DNA of 64,000 nucleotides from Trichoplax sp. H2 (lineage: Eukaryota): positions 1 through 64,000 of the forward strand of contig NOWV01000187.1 of assembly GCA_003344405.1 (NCBI GenBank), written 5' to 3'. Under the pieces are notes generated by a model. The model did not search any database and was not told where the DNA came from. It worked only from the letters and a program-made list of their open reading frames with translations. The translations under genes were made by a program, and so were the position numbers. Below are positions 62,845 to 64,000 of the stretch, one piece after another; position 1 is the stretch's first letter; each line of letters starts with the position of its first letter.

Positions 62845-64000
62845 CTAAAACTATGGATTTATAAGTATAGAATTGCTTATTCATTCAAGACAGTGCTAAA
62901 AGCTCTCTCAAATTTCTGGTTTTCTCAACATCACCGAGTTTAATTACTGTGTTAACATGACTAGCTGGCAATGCCGATAGAAGTATGTCAAGGCTAAATA
63001 GAATACAATAAGGCTACTTCCAATACACTTAATATTAGCTGTTACTACTTGATAATTATAATTAATCCAGTAACTTAATATCGAATTATAGGATCAAGAT
63101 ATAATGCACATATGTCAAGTTTGGACCATGTGTTTGTGATTAATCTTTATCAAATATCGGTCACAACAAAAAACAATAAAGACAACTCTCAACAATCTTT
63201 ATGAAAGAGCGGAAATCCCATAATGCAGTTTTTAAAGGCTAGGTAATTTATCTCTCTACGTGGTGTTAATTAATACCACTAGACGTTGTAGGAACTAAGA
63301 TCCTGATACGTAGTATAAAGCAGAGATGGTTAAAACCCTATTATCAGCCGCTATTCTACCGCTGTTTCGTTTTTTATGCAAACTACTCCAAAATTGACCT
63401 ATATTAACTATCTAATTTACTTTCGATCGAATAAGGACTGTACGTTTATACGTCTCATTCTTTATAGTTTTTAGATTTTCCAATCCTAGACAGTCCGTGC
63501 CTTACATAATGCTAGAATGACATAATTAGAAAAATGAAATATGGCTTCTGAAATTAATATTGGGTAATAGGCGCATATTTGTGCGGTAAATTGTCGCAAT
63601 TTGATAAAGAATTAGAAGTTATGATTGCTCAAAAACGCTTGAAATGAAGTAATATTTAAATGGCATTATGCGATTTAGTCATATACAGTACAAAAAAAAA
63701 ATTAAGAGTAATTTTACTAAAGAACGAATTTAATAGTTACGATTTGCTCATCAGAATAGTTTGAAATATGTCCGGCTTTTATTTGTATAGGAAGCAAACT
63801 CATATTACAAGGGACAAAATTAGAGGTACGATTTGTTTGGAGTAGCTTACAGTTTAAAATATGTCCGGTAATTTATCCGTACTAATTAAGAATTAATTCT
63901 AAATATAATAGATCAAATTAGAAATAGAACAGTAATTTAGTTAACACTGCTTGAGGCATGTTCTATAATTTATTTTTGTAACATGACTGATTGTAACTGT

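Overview
AT-rich eukaryotic (animal) genomic DNA with short GT-AG introns and intronless class A GPCRs. This style is consistent with a placozoan such as Trichoplax, but that is inference only. 1-18.4 kb: a tandem segmental duplication whose unit is a rhodopsin-family GPCR plus a decayed LRR gene. It carries a 1-kb internally deleted Helitron, two solo-LTR families with 5-bp TSDs, and overlapping duplicates around two N gaps. The left copy shows a marked CpA/TpG deficit (RIP-like). 19-29 kb: decayed coding remnants (NHL-like, possibly Ulp1-like) and several degenerate tandem repeats. 30-39 kb: multi-exon TMEM131 (+). 41-49 kb: three different satellites around and inside a predicted two-exon gene (unknown, perhaps SH3-like domain plus jacalin lectin). 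49-52 kb: C4orf33/UPF0462 homolog (-), head-to-head with a small predicted orphan gene. 56.6-62.8 kb: a divergent INF2-like formin (-) with no polyproline FH1 and with key FH2 residues replaced. All calls come from manual reading; no database searches were run.
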